Source: Dehalococcoidia bacterium (GTDB lineage: Bacteria; Chloroflexota; Dehalococcoidia; Lucifugimonadales; UBA3495). Taken from it: a stretch of 64,000 bases of DNA. The stretch lies in assembly GCA_965237745.1 (NCBI GenBank), contig OZ250156.1, positions 3,809,426-3,873,425 on the forward strand, read 5' to 3'. Positions 17,511 to 29,610 of this stretch are shown piece after piece. Every line of letters starts with the position of its first letter. The first letter of the stretch is position 1. Below the pieces are notes generated by a model that worked only from the letters and a program-made list of their open reading frames with translations, searched no databases and was not told where the DNA came from. Position numbers and translations under genes: made by a program.

Positions 17511-18638
17511 TCAGACCTCGACGGTGCGCTCAACTATGCTGGCGGCGCGGTCGATGTACCAGTCGCCCATCTGCATCCTGCCACCGTCTCCGCCCCGCCT
17601 GACCATGATGACCTCAGACATTATGCTGACGGCGATTTCCTCGGGCGTGAGGGCACCGATGTTCAGGCCTATCGGCGCATACACGTCCCGAATGCGTTCC
17701 TTGGCTATTCCCTGCTCCAAGAGGCGGCGGTAGATCATCAGCGTCTTGCGGCGACTCCCCAGCAGCCCGATGTACCGGGCCCTGGTCTTGAGGGCCGACT
17801 CCAAGGCCATGTCATCGTAGCGGTGCCCGCGCGTCGCGACGACCACGTAGCTGTTGACGTTGATGCTGAGCTGGTCTGACCACTGGTCGTAAGGGATGAC
17901 TATGGTCTGCTCGGCGTAGGGAAACCGACCTTCGTTGGAGAATTCGGGCCGGTCGTCGACGATGTGCACGCGGTAGCCCAACAGGTGGGCAAGGTCGGCC
18001 GTGGCTTTCCCCACATGCCCGCCGCCGACCATGACCAGCGTCGGAGGCGTTGTGAATCCCTCGACGAATATCTCTGTCCCGTCCTCGGTCGAAATGGATT
18101 CGGTATTCCCGATTTCGGCTATGCGCCTCGCAACCTCAAGGGCGGGCTCATCCAGGGTCTCGGTACCCAGGGAGCCGGACACCGTCCCGTCGGCGCGGAG
18201 CAGCAGCTTTGCCCCCAAGCGACCCGGGTGGCTGGGACTGTTGACCACGGTGGCTAGGCTCACCGGCTCACCGCCGTCGTAGGCCTCCAGGATCTCGTCT
18301 CCCAAGGGCAGGAAATCCTCCAGCCGACGCAGCGGCTCAAGGTAGAAGTACATCGTGCCACCACAGACCAGCCCATCCCGGGCAGCGATGTCTTCGTTCA
18401 GATAATAGTCCTTGAACTCCGGTCCACCGCCCTCGCGCAGCATTTCCTTGGCCGCGAACCAGATGTCTCCTTCGACGCAGCCGCCGCCCAGCGTGCCAAG
18501 CCCGCTGCCGTCATCCTTTACCAGCAGCATCGCGCCCGCCTTTTGCGGAGTTGAACCCTTGGTTCGCACCACGGTTGCCAGCACACAAGGCCGACCATCC
18601 CGCAGAGTTTCGACAGCTCCCTGGATGACTTCTTTCAT
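17511..18638 (-). CDS. XdhC/CoxI family molybdoenzyme maturation protein
   Basis: ...CVLATVVRTKGSTPQKAGAMLLV...GTLGGGCVEGD... N-domain and a Rossmann-like C-domain (LVMVGGGHVGKA). SD GGAAGGA upstream. Confidence 0.85.
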   Translation of the reverse strand: MKEVIQGAVETLRDGRPCVLATVVRTKGSTPQKAGAMLLVKDDGSGLGTLGGGCVEGDIWFAAKEMLREGGGPEFKDYYLNEDIAARDGLVCGGTMYFYLEPLRRLEDFLPLGDEILEAYDGGEPVSLATVVNSPSHPGRLGAKLLLRADGTVSGSLGTETLDEPALEVARRIAEIGNTESISTEDGTEIFVEGFTTPPTLVMVGGGHVGKATADLAHLLGYRVHIVDDRPEFSNEGRFPYAEQTIVIPYDQWSDQLSINVNSYVVVATRGHRYDDMALESALKTRARYIGLLGSRRKTLMIYRRLLEQGIAKERIRDVYAPIGLNIGALTPEEIAVSIMSEVIMVRRGGDGGRMQMGDWYIDRAASIVERTVEV

Positions 18639-18678
18639 GGTTATTCCTTCCCCGAAGATTGGGGTGTGCTTACAGTGC

Positions 18679-18830
18679 CTAAACTAAAGCCAATGTGGGA
18701 TGTACATTTAATTGGCGATGATGATCAGCCGGGTTATGCCGGTGAATCCCTCTCATCCGTACTTGGAGAATGACCCGGCTCCGTCGTCTGACCCTCACCA
18801 TCTGCGCATTTCACGTTGGCTTTAGTTTAG
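18679..18830. repeat. 152-bp element bounded by perfect 15-bp inverted repeats, in the xdhC-mocA leader / divergent intergenic region (MITE-like or structured RNA)
   Basis: CTAAACTAAAGCCAA (18679-18693) and its exact reverse complement TTGGCTTTAGTTTAG (18816-18830). Pairing extends about 4-6 bp inward with one T/C position. An internal 7-bp stem pairs AGCCGGG with CCCGGCT. Confidence 0.5.
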
Positions 18831-18960
18831 CTTATCAAAATGGTGGCCCGGCCCGCAAACTGTCCGCCCTATATTTCTATTCCTGTAATCAAAAAACATG
18901 ATATTAGAGCCATTTCGGACTGCAAAATATTACATGGTTCAAGTATAATAGTTATGTTTT

Positions 18961-19671
18961 ATGGCAGTTGTCGCAATCACCTCCTCAAGTGAGCGAAACG
19001 CGCGCCGTTACGTTGCCGCCATGGAGACGGCAGGCGCGGAGACGCGGGTGCTGTTGCCGGATTCCCACCTCGGATTGCCCGCCGGCGACCTGATGCGAGG
19101 TGTAGGCGGCCTCTTGCTCTCCGGCGGGCCGGACGTTCACCCGGCGCGCTACGGTCAGGAACCGGACCTGAACGCAGGGTTGCAGTTGCGTCCTGAACTG
19201 GACGATCTGGAATTTCCGATACTGGATTACGCCCTCTCCGTGGACATGCCCGTGTTGGCCATCTGCCGTGGAATGCAGGTGCTGAACGTGGCTTTCGGCG
19301 GCAGATTGATCCAAGATCTGGCTGGCCACCGGAACGAGGATACCAGCGAAGGCAGCGAGCCTGCCACGCATCAGATTTACGTCGCCCCCGGCGCTAAGGC
19401 GGCGGCCATCATCGGCTCTGCCGGCTTCTTCAAGGTCAACAGTTACCACCACCAAGGCCTCAACGAGGCGCACAGGGCCCCGCGCCTGATGAGCACAGCA
19501 TACAGTGTTGAAGACGGGTTGGTGGAGGGACTGGAAAGTCCTGAACACAGTTGGGTCATCGGTTTGCAGTGTCATCCGGAGCGGCAGAGCGAAGTGCCCA
19601 GGCTATTCGCCAACCTGTTCGCCGGACTGCACGACCGGGCGGAACGGTTCGCCGAGGCTCTTTCAGCGTAA
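18961..19671 (+). CDS. Class I glutamine amidotransferase, peptidase C26 / gamma-glutamyl-GABA hydrolase-like
   Basis: ...PVLAICRGMQVLNVAFGG (nucleophile Cys elbow) ...NSYHHQG...GLQCHPE (His-Glu), the GATase-1/C26 pattern. Confidence 0.85.
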   Translation: MAVVAITSSSERNARRYVAAMETAGAETRVLLPDSHLGLPAGDLMRGVGGLLLSGGPDVHPARYGQEPDLNAGLQLRPELDDLEFPILDYALSVDMPVLAICRGMQVLNVAFGGRLIQDLAGHRNEDTSEGSEPATHQIYVAPGAKAAAIIGSAGFFKVNSYHHQGLNEAHRAPRLMSTAYSVEDGLVEGLESPEHSWVIGLQCHPERQSEVPRLFANLFAGLHDRAERFAEALSA

Positions 19672-19795
19672 TTTCCGGCCTTCCTTCGCACTATCCACCC
19701 CAAGAGTCTGGCAGGTTCCGGGGGTTGGTGGGAAGGCAAGTGTTTCCGCTTCTTCGGCCATTTCAGCGGCTCAGCAATTTTAGGAGTGTAGACCT

Positions 19796-22348
<2,553 letters not shown>

Positions 22349-22387
22349 TCGAGTTCCGGCCCAGAGTCGGCAATTCCAGTCGGGATC

Positions 22388-22425
22388 AAACGGGGGGCGA
22401 ACACCATTTCGCCCCCGTTTCTTGT
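22388..22425 (+). terminator. Rho-independent terminator after gyrA
   Basis: AAACGGGGGGCGAA cacca TTTCGCCCCCGTTT followed by CTTG. A GC-rich stem with one bulged G and a flanking T-run. Confidence 0.75.
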
Positions 22426-22767
22426 GCGCCGCTGCAGCATTGGGGCTTTCACACTTAATTCAACCCATAGCATTGACTTTCCCCACGTCGCGTTTCGCAG
22501 TGCTCTTGGTTTTTGGGAAAACCAATTCCCTCTCCCTCTGGAGGAAGGCTGGGGTGCAGACGTTCCCGCACAGGTAATTAAAGTCGAAGCTTGGGGGTTT
22601 TCCCCACCCCAGCCGTCTCCCTCATGGACATGGAGAATGAGAGACACTGCGAATTTCGGTAATCATCTTGAATAATTACAGCCCGTTCTGTAAAATGGTT
22701 CGTGGATTTTGATATTATTGCTGGCATAGTATTGCCAATTTTGATTAGGAGAGATAGCAAATTGGGG

Positions 22768-23472
22768 ATGAAGCTGGTCTTTCTTCACGGGGCAGGGTGC
22801 TCCAGCCTTTCTTTTTACTACCAGCTGAGGCACTTTCGCAGCGCCAAGGCCATTGACCTGCCCGGGCATCCCGACGGCAAGCCCTGTGAAACGATTGACG
22901 GCTACGTCGAATGGGTGCGGGGGTTCATCAGGGCCCGCCGCTACAAAAACGTCGTGCTGTGCGGCCATTCGATGGGCGGCGCCATCGCTATGCGTTACGC
23001 ACAGAAATACCCAGAGGAGTTACGCGGCCTGGTTCTCTTGGGAACAGGAGCGCGCCTCAGAGTCCACCCCTATTACCTTGAGCGTTGCCAAGAACCCGGC
23101 GATGATAACCTTCCCTGGCTGGAACAGCACTTGGAGTACTACCGGGACGTTCAGGAAGAGGTCTTCCCGGTGTTGCGGCAGCGGGCGGCAGAAGTGGGCC
23201 CGGATGTAGAGCTGAATGACCTGATGGCCTGCAACAGCTTCGATATGATGGACTGCGTGGGAGAAATAGATCTTCCAACCAGAATAATCTGTGGAAGCGA
23301 CGACGTTATGACACCGGTCAAGTACTCAGATTTCCTGACCAACACCATCCACGGGTCAAGTCAGGCAATCATCTCCGGAGGAAGCCACTTCGTTCACATG
23401 GAAAAATACCAGAAGGTCAACGAGGAAATCGAAGGTTTTCTGGCATCGTTTAAGAGTAAAGCTGTCCTGTAA
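22768..23472 (+). CDS. Alpha/beta hydrolase
   Basis: MKLVFLHGAGCSS... and the nucleophile elbow LCGHSMGG. C-terminal ...GGSHFVHMEKY (catalytic His). Start taken at Met 23 of the track ORF. Confidence 0.8.
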   Translation: MKLVFLHGAGCSSLSFYYQLRHFRSAKAIDLPGHPDGKPCETIDGYVEWVRGFIRARRYKNVVLCGHSMGGAIAMRYAQKYPEELRGLVLLGTGARLRVHPYYLERCQEPGDDNLPWLEQHLEYYRDVQEEVFPVLRQRAAEVGPDVELNDLMACNSFDMMDCVGEIDLPTRIICGSDDVMTPVKYSDFLTNTIHGSSQAIISGGSHFVHMEKYQKVNEEIEGFLASFKSKAVL

Positions 23473-23493
23473 GACAAGACCCCCCGCCCAACG

Positions 23494-23533
23494 CAAAAAG
23501 GGAGCGCCGGTTACGATGAACCGGCGCTCTTTA
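23494..23533. terminator. Bidirectional hairpin between convergent genes
   Basis: Perfect 11-bp stem GAGCGCCGGTT / AACCGGCGCTC with loop ACGATG. AAAAAGG lies on the left (a T-run for the minus strand) and CTTTACG on the right. Confidence 0.7.
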
Positions 23534-23562
23534 CGTCACTCATTATATTGACGGAAAGGCTG

Positions 23563-24060
23563 TCAGCTGCGGTAGGGGTGGTACCACCGGCTGCGGTAGA
23601 ACATGAGGGGATTCTCGTAATCGTTGCGTTGAATCTCCCGGACCTCTCCCAGGTATACGGTGTGGTCTCCGTACACGTGAGAGCCAACCACGTCGCAGTC
23701 CATGAATATCGACGAGCCGTCCAACACCGGCACCCCGTTATCCGATTCCGAGAAGCTGTAATCAACTCCTCCGGTACGGTCCTGTGGTTTTTTGGCAAAA
23801 TAAGCCCCAACCTCTTCCTGATCGGAGCTGAGGAAGTTGACGCCAAATTTCTGCCGCTCCTCCAGATAGCCGTATGTGTGCGTGCCGTGAGCAACGCAGA
23901 CCAGAACGATGGGTGGCTCCAAGCAAACGGAGGTGAAAGAGTTGGCAGTCATGGTGTGGGGATTGCCTTCATCGTCTAGAGTGGTGATTACGGTAACGCC
24001 CGTGGCAAACTCGGAAAGCGCTGAGCGGAATTCGTTTTTGTCGAACGAGGCCATATACAC
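23563..24060 (-). CDS. Flavin reductase family protein (HpaC/NADH:FMN oxidoreductase-like)
   Basis: ...FRSALSEFATGVTVITTLDDEGNPHTMTANSFTSVCLEPPIVLVCV..., the canonical flavin_reduct domain pattern. Confidence 0.85.
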   Translation of the reverse strand: MYMASFDKNEFRSALSEFATGVTVITTLDDEGNPHTMTANSFTSVCLEPPIVLVCVAHGTHTYGYLEERQKFGVNFLSSDQEEVGAYFAKKPQDRTGGVDYSFSESDNGVPVLDGSSIFMDCDVVGSHVYGDHTVYLGEVREIQRNDYENPLMFYRSRWYHPYRS

Positions 24061-24222
24061 CCCAAGTCAGGAAATCGCGGAAGGTAGCTTCGCCTGCGGA
24101 GAAGCGCCCTGCGACAAGCCGATAACAACGCCTGCTTACCGGCCCGCCAAATTCGGCCCATTATAATACGCAATCACTAGGTTGCGCTACTATCCCATTT
24201 GGGTAGGCTCAAGGAAGCGCTG

Positions 24223-25197
24223 CTAGGGAAATGGATGGAAGCATTCCGCAATTTTCCCCGGTGGAGTGTTGGCTGCGGCGTCTGCGTCCAGCTTGACCAC
24301 CGTCCCGGGTGGAATGAGGCCGCTGAAAAGCTCAGGGTGCGTCAACTGCGCCAGAATCTCCAACCCATTCACCACCCGAGGACCCGGACAACTGAAATAG
24401 GCGTGGTCGATCAGGTAGACCTCGCCTGAAGCCACTGCCGGAATGTCGTGCCAGCCCTTTTGCGCCGCCAGCCAGGGTGCCTCGCGCAGATGCCGGTCAA
24501 CATCCGACGAGCACAGGTCAACAAACAGCTTATCCGGCGCTGTGTCCAGCACTTCCCGCCATTCCAGACGTCTGGCGTTGCAGCCCGGCTCCAGCGCCGC
24601 GATGCTGCCCCCTGCAATCCGAAGCAGATCGGGAATCCAATGCCCCCCGGCCACCAGCGGGTTTATCCCCTCCAGAGAGAACACCGATGGCGTGGACTGA
24701 GCGCAACTTACCTTCGATGCCACAGCCTCCGCCCGCCGGCGGAGACCAGCCACAAGATCAGATGCCCGATCCGGTACCCCGCAGACCTCGCCCACCTCAA
24801 TGATTGAGTCGAGAATGTCATCCAATGTCCTTGGCTGCAGCACAACTACCTTCGGCTGGACCGACATTCCCCGAACTGCCAAATTGACCTCTCCTGCATC
24901 AATTTCGCAGATATGGCACAGGTCCTGGGTGAATACTATGCCGGGCAATTCTTTCGCCAGCCACTCATAATCCAGCTCGTAGGGGCTCTCTCCGCTATTG
25001 AGAATGTCACGAAGGGCGCTTTCCACCTCCTCGCTGGACATGATCGCCGGATCGACCTTGCTGCGACTCACGACCGGCTTGGACTCCAATATATCGGCTG
25101 GATAGTCACAGAGGTCACTGACCCCGATGACGCTGTCGGCCAAGCCCAACGCCCAGAGAATCTCGGCGCCGCTGGGCAGGAGGCAACAGATTTTCAA
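24223..25197 (-). CDS. Periplasmic-binding-protein fold (BtuF/FepB-like cobalamin or siderophore binding) protein with no evident signal peptide; start shortened
   Basis: (M)KICCLLPSGAEILWALGLADSVIGVSDLCDYP...VVVLQPRTLDDILDSI...EGINPLVAGGHWIPDLL matches the Peripla_BP_2 pattern. The 78-aa N-terminal extension in the track ORF overlaps the divergent MFS gene. The TTG at 25197 is proposed as start (uncertain). Confidence 0.65.
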   Translation of the reverse strand: MKICCLLPSGAEILWALGLADSVIGVSDLCDYPADILESKPVVSRSKVDPAIMSSEEVESALRDILNSGESPYELDYEWLAKELPGIVFTQDLCHICEIDAGEVNLAVRGMSVQPKVVVLQPRTLDDILDSIIEVGEVCGVPDRASDLVAGLRRRAEAVASKVSCAQSTPSVFSLEGINPLVAGGHWIPDLLRIAGGSIAALEPGCNARRLEWREVLDTAPDKLFVDLCSSDVDRHLREAPWLAAQKGWHDIPAVASGEVYLIDHAYFSCPGPRVVNGLEILAQLTHPELFSGLIPPGTVVKLDADAAANTPPGKIAECFHPFP

Positions 25198-25404
25198 TTC
25201 ATCAACTCGCTGTCGATAGAATGGGGGCCACGCTCGCACTACTGATGTATTATAGGGGCAACAGTCGGTGGCGTATCCTGCGGCCACTTCCAACAGAGGC
25301 ACCCATAGGCGCCCGCAATCAAAACCGGCCAATGGTGTCTCCCTAAACCACTCTCCCTCGGATGCTTTCCGATGCTTTTCATCCGTTATTGACGTAGGCC
25401 GTAA

Positions 25405-26733
25405 ATGTCCCGAAGACCGTCTGAGGCACACTGGAGCAGCTTTGCGCTGATTCGCCTTAGCGCTTTCAGCTTTGGGATTACCGGGTTCATCATAGCGATG
25501 GACACGGTGGTGTTGCCTGTAATCGTCCTAACGATCGCCCCGGAGCATCTGAAGAACAGCTACCTAGCGATGCTGGGAATGGGTGGACTGTTGGTGGCAG
25601 CAGTGGTTCAGCCGGTGGTGGGAAGAATCAGTGATCGCACCCGCTCCTCCTTGGGCCGCCGCGTTCCCTACATTCTCTTCGGGACTGCAGCGGTATGCGC
25701 CAGCCTGATATTGACGGTCATGGCGCCGAGCTTCACCGCCCTGTTCGCCGCATGGATGCTCACCCAAGCCAATTTGAACATCGCCTACGGACCCGGCTTG
25801 GCGCTAATCCGAGACCTCGTCCCACGCAGTCGGGTCGGGATTGCCTCATCGCTCAAAGTCCTGATGGACGCGGCCGGCGGGCTGGCACTGATCACTGCCA
25901 GCGCCGCCATCATCGGCCAAGCAACCGGTTCGGGGCTGGCGGCACTGCCCGTCTATGTCAACTGGGAATTGGCTGTCCTGGCTCTACTGGGGGCAGCACT
26001 CATCATCTCGGTGGCAGTTACCTGCACCACCGTGCTGTCCCGAGATCCCAATCGCCGGGCACGTCCGGTGCGAAGGGGAGACACCTCGTCCCGGCCAGTG
26101 CTCAGCTTGGAATTAGGGCTGTTCCTGATATCCCGGCTGTTGCTGATGACGGCGATCTACTCATTTCCGACCTACGGACTGTTTTTCCTCCGGGACGTGG
26201 TGGAGGCGGACAACCCGGCCCAAACACTGAGCCATGTGATTCCTGTCATTGGCGGCTCGCTGGCGATTGCGGTGTACCTTGCCGGCTGGGTTTCCGACCG
26301 TATCGGCCGCAAGCCCGTAGTGATTGCGGGCGCCATTGCGGGCGCCGTAAGCACTTCCTGGCTGCTGCTGGCCGACACCACAACTGGTGTGGTGGTAACT
26401 GGCAGCGTAATCGGCGCGTCGGCGGGGGCTCTGCTCAGTGCCAACTGGGCCCTTGCCAACGAAATGGGTGACGAGCAGCAGGCCGGAACTCACATCGGCA
26501 TCGTGAATCTATCCACCATAGGCGGGGCGGCCATACCTCGCCTCTTTGGCCCCGGAATCGACCTGCTCAACCACACGGCGGAGGACCTGGGTTACCGGGC
26601 GCTCATTGCCGGGTGCGCCGCGCTCTTTGTTGCCGGGGCCATCGCGCTGCTTCCCGTCAACCCTTCCAACACGGAAGCTGTGCCTCAAGAGGAGCCGACA
26701 GGGCCCAGCGCCGCCCCGCCGGCAGAGTCGTGA
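25405..26733 (+). CDS. MFS transporter
   Basis: 442 aa with about 12 hydrophobic spans and the GRISDRTRSSLGRRVPY loop (the MFS D-R-x-G-R-R-like motif). Confidence 0.8.
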   Translation: MSRRPSEAHWSSFALIRLSAFSFGITGFIIAMDTVVLPVIVLTIAPEHLKNSYLAMLGMGGLLVAAVVQPVVGRISDRTRSSLGRRVPYILFGTAAVCASLILTVMAPSFTALFAAWMLTQANLNIAYGPGLALIRDLVPRSRVGIASSLKVLMDAAGGLALITASAAIIGQATGSGLAALPVYVNWELAVLALLGAALIISVAVTCTTVLSRDPNRRARPVRRGDTSSRPVLSLELGLFLISRLLLMTAIYSFPTYGLFFLRDVVEADNPAQTLSHVIPVIGGSLAIAVYLAGWVSDRIGRKPVVIAGAIAGAVSTSWLLLADTTTGVVVTGSVIGASAGALLSANWALANEMGDEQQAGTHIGIVNLSTIGGAAIPRLFGPGIDLLNHTAEDLGYRALIAGCAALFVAGAIALLPVNPSNTEAVPQEEPTGPSAAPPAES

Positions 26734-26835
26734 TGGGAAAGGCACGTCAAGACGTTCCGTTTGTTCCCTGGGGCTCGGGGGCAGCGCCGGACAAGCAATG
26801 AGGGAGCAGCTGGCGTCCTTTCCTTTCCGTTTTTT

Positions 26836-27585
26836 CTAAGCAGAGGCTTTTTGCAGGAATTCCGCGGCTCCCCTGGCGACCCAGGCGTTCCAGGAAGTCA
26901 TCATGAATTTGACTCCCATTTCCTTGAATTTGGCGATATTGGCGTCGTTGGCCAGTGTTCCGGGGGTTCGGCCGGAATTGACGATCTTCCCGATGGCCTG
27001 CTCTATAGCAGCCTGCACCTCCGGGTGTTCGGCGTTGCCAATATGCCCCATCGTCTGCGCCAGATCGGAGGGCGCGACGAAAAAGACGTCGATATTGTCG
27101 ACCTTCAGGATTTCATCGATGTTGGCCAGCGCCTCAACTTCCTCCAACAGCACGACGACCATGGTCTGATCGTTCGCCGTGTGGAAGTAGTCAGACACGC
27201 CGAAGGACTGGCGGCCGCCGAACATTCCGCGGTAGCCGACAGGTGCGTACTTGGCTGACAGAGCAGCTTGCTCCGCTGACTCACGGCTGTTGACGTGTGG
27301 CACCACGATGCCCATGCTGCCCCGGTCCAAGGTTCGGGTGATAAGGCCCGCATCGTTGGCGTTAACTCTCGTTATAGAGGTCATACCCCACAGGTCGCAG
27401 GCGCGGGTCATGTCACCAAGGGCGTCCCAATCAACCGGGCCGTGCTCGCATTCGATCCAGGCGGCGTCAAAACCCAAGGGCCCCAGGAAGTCTATGATGT
27501 CGCTGTCCTGCAATCCCGAAATGGTGGTCACCACCTCCCCACGTTGCAGCTTCTCCTTGGCGCGGTTAACTCGAATTGGCGGCAT
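26836..27585 (-). CDS. HpcH/HpaI family aldolase (2-keto-3-deoxy-acid aldolase)
   Basis: Start at MPPIRVNRAKEKLQRGE, preceded by GAGAGGA. ...GFDAAWIECEHGPVDW...ITRVNANDAGLITRTLDRGSMGIVVPHVNS... Confidence 0.85.
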   Translation of the reverse strand: MPPIRVNRAKEKLQRGEVVTTISGLQDSDIIDFLGPLGFDAAWIECEHGPVDWDALGDMTRACDLWGMTSITRVNANDAGLITRTLDRGSMGIVVPHVNSRESAEQAALSAKYAPVGYRGMFGGRQSFGVSDYFHTANDQTMVVVLLEEVEALANIDEILKVDNIDVFFVAPSDLAQTMGHIGNAEHPEVQAAIEQAIGKIVNSGRTPGTLANDANIAKFKEMGVKFMMTSWNAWVARGAAEFLQKASA

Positions 27586-27818
27586 GATTTGTCCTCTCAC
27601 ATAGTTTGCGGCCCAATCTGGCTCGTGTTGCCAGACAGAATTTTGCCGCCGCCATTGTGCCACTCCGTAGTGGCGATGACAAATTGGGGTTCACCAACCG
27701 ACCCTTCGGAATTCGTCGCGCGGGTTGACAATCCCGGCGGCCGCTTGGACAATCAAGCTGGCCCCGCACCCTGCCAAAACTCTTTCCAGATTGCGAGGCC
27801 CGAGGAAGGAGAGACTCG

Positions 27819-28613
27819 ATGACGACCACGGCATCCTGGACCGAAGAACGAGTAACGGTAGCAGGCGCGGAAATGCAGATCCTGAAGGGAGGCAGCGGCG
27901 ATCCGCTACTGGTGCTGCACGACGAAATGGGACAGCCCGGATGGCTGCAATTGCACGAGGAACTGGCCAAGAACCATACTGTATATGCGCCATCACTTCC
28001 CGGATTCGGCGTAACCAGCCGCCTCGACTGGGTCATGAACATGCGAGACATCGCAACCTGGACCCTCTGGGCATTGGATGACCTGGAACTTTCCAGCATT
28101 AACGTCGTGGGATTCTCCCTCGGCGGCTGGCTGGCTGCAGAAATGGCAACGCAACAGCCACAGATTTTTGAAAAAATGGCGTTGGTAGCCCCCGCTGGAA
28201 TCCTGCCGCCAACCGGCGAAATTCTCGACATGTTCCTGATTGTCTCCAGGGAATTCATCACGACGGGGTTCCATAACCCCTCGGCAGTGGCGGAGTTTCA
28301 GGCCGTATGCCCCGACGAGCCTTCGCCGGAGCAGGTGGAAATGTGGGAAACAGCGCGGGAGGAGGCCTGCCGCCTGAGCTGGCGCCCCTACATGCACGAC
28401 CGCAGCCTGCCCCATCGCCTGGGCCGGTTGAAGAACCTGCCATCCCTCATCGTGTGGGGACGCAACGACGCAGTGGTTCCGCCCAGCGCAGGCGAAGTCT
28501 ACAACCACTCCATCGCTGGGTCGCGCCTAGTCACCATCGAGAACTGCGGTCACCGCTCGGACGTGGAAAAGTCGGCGGAGCTTGCCGCCCACCTGATGGA
28601 ATTCTTCGGATAG
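27819..28613 (+). CDS. Alpha/beta hydrolase (meta-cleavage-product hydrolase-like)
   Basis: ...PLLVLHDEMG..., nucleophile elbow VVGFSLGGWLA, and ...IENCGHRSDVEK (His). Confidence 0.85.
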   Translation: MTTTASWTEERVTVAGAEMQILKGGSGDPLLVLHDEMGQPGWLQLHEELAKNHTVYAPSLPGFGVTSRLDWVMNMRDIATWTLWALDDLELSSINVVGFSLGGWLAAEMATQQPQIFEKMALVAPAGILPPTGEILDMFLIVSREFITTGFHNPSAVAEFQAVCPDEPSPEQVEMWETAREEACRLSWRPYMHDRSLPHRLGRLKNLPSLIVWGRNDAVVPPSAGEVYNHSIAGSRLVTIENCGHRSDVEKSAELAAHLMEFFG

Positions 28614-28671
28614 CGGGGCAAGACCGGTAATCAATGCCCATTGAGCAGGCCCGTGCGTTTGACGTGCGGGC

Positions 28672-29562
28672 CTATTTTTTCAACCAAGGCATGACATTCT
28701 GGGCGAGTGTCTCCATCGCTTGGCGAACCTCTCTCGTGGTTGAGCCACGAAAGTTGCACACTATCGCCGGAATCTCCATATCTGCGTAGGCAGACAGATC
28801 ATCGGCCACCTGCTCTGGCGTTCCGCGTCCCATACGCCTTTCAGGGTGAGCCGATCCGCTGTCCTCAAACGCCACAGACAGGTGTATCGTGGTTAGGGGC
28901 GGCGTTACCCTGCCGAACTTTGTGGAAAGTTCAGCAAGGCGGCTCATCCGTTCCCGCAGGGCGTCCACATGCATGTGGGTGGGGTGCCAAGCCTGTCCAA
29001 AGCGAACCGCCCGGCGCAATGCGGCATCGCTGCGGCCACCGACCCAGATGAGCGGGTGCGGTCTCTGCGCAGGCTTGGGGGCAAACCGGACGCCGTCAAA
29101 GCTGACGTACCGTCCCTGAAACCCGGAAGGATCATTGGTCCACAACTCTATCATCGCCGCCAAATACTCGTCGGTCCGCGCACCGCGCTGGGACTCGGGA
29201 ATTCCCAACGCCGCAAATTCGTCGGGGGCCCCACCGGTCCCGACCCCGAGAATTACCCGGCCGCCGGACAGCGAGTCAAGGCTGGCAATGATCTTAGCCG
29301 CCACCAGCGGGTTGCGGTATGGGGTAACCATCACTGTCGTGCCCAGCTTGACCCTGCGGGTTAGGGCCGACACATGGGAAAGCACCACGAAGGCGTCGAA
29401 GAAAATGGGACCGATGCTGGCCTGAAGGTGCTCAGGCGTCACCACATGGTCGCTGACCCAGACTGAGTCGAAACCCAATGCCTCTGCATCCTCGGCGACA
29501 GCCTTCAGGTCGCCCAGGGTAACCTCGCGTCCATATTGGGGAAGGCAAACGCCGAATTCCAT
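28672..29562 (-). CDS. LLM-class (luciferase-like) F420/flavin-dependent oxidoreductase
   Basis: MEFGVCLPQYGREV...GFDSVWVSDHV...LDSLSGGRVILGVGTGG..., the LLM pattern. Confidence 0.85.
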   Translation of the reverse strand: MEFGVCLPQYGREVTLGDLKAVAEDAEALGFDSVWVSDHVVTPEHLQASIGPIFFDAFVVLSHVSALTRRVKLGTTVMVTPYRNPLVAAKIIASLDSLSGGRVILGVGTGGAPDEFAALGIPESQRGARTDEYLAAMIELWTNDPSGFQGRYVSFDGVRFAPKPAQRPHPLIWVGGRSDAALRRAVRFGQAWHPTHMHVDALRERMSRLAELSTKFGRVTPPLTTIHLSVAFEDSGSAHPERRMGRGTPEQVADDLSAYADMEIPAIVCNFRGSTTREVRQAMETLAQNVMPWLKK

Positions 29563-29610
29563 GACTCCCTCACGCTGTCCCTCTCCATGGGGGAGAGGCC
29601 ATATCGTTGC

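Noticed and set aside
25198-25404. Possible cobalamin riboswitch upstream of the BtuF-like gene (strings GCAGGATACGCC and GCCACCGACTGT)
   Set aside because: The B12-box-like string is a weak match and lies 5' rather than 3' of the GCCAC-type string, which is the wrong order. The region also overlaps the start of the divergent MFS gene. It would need a covariance-model scan to revive.
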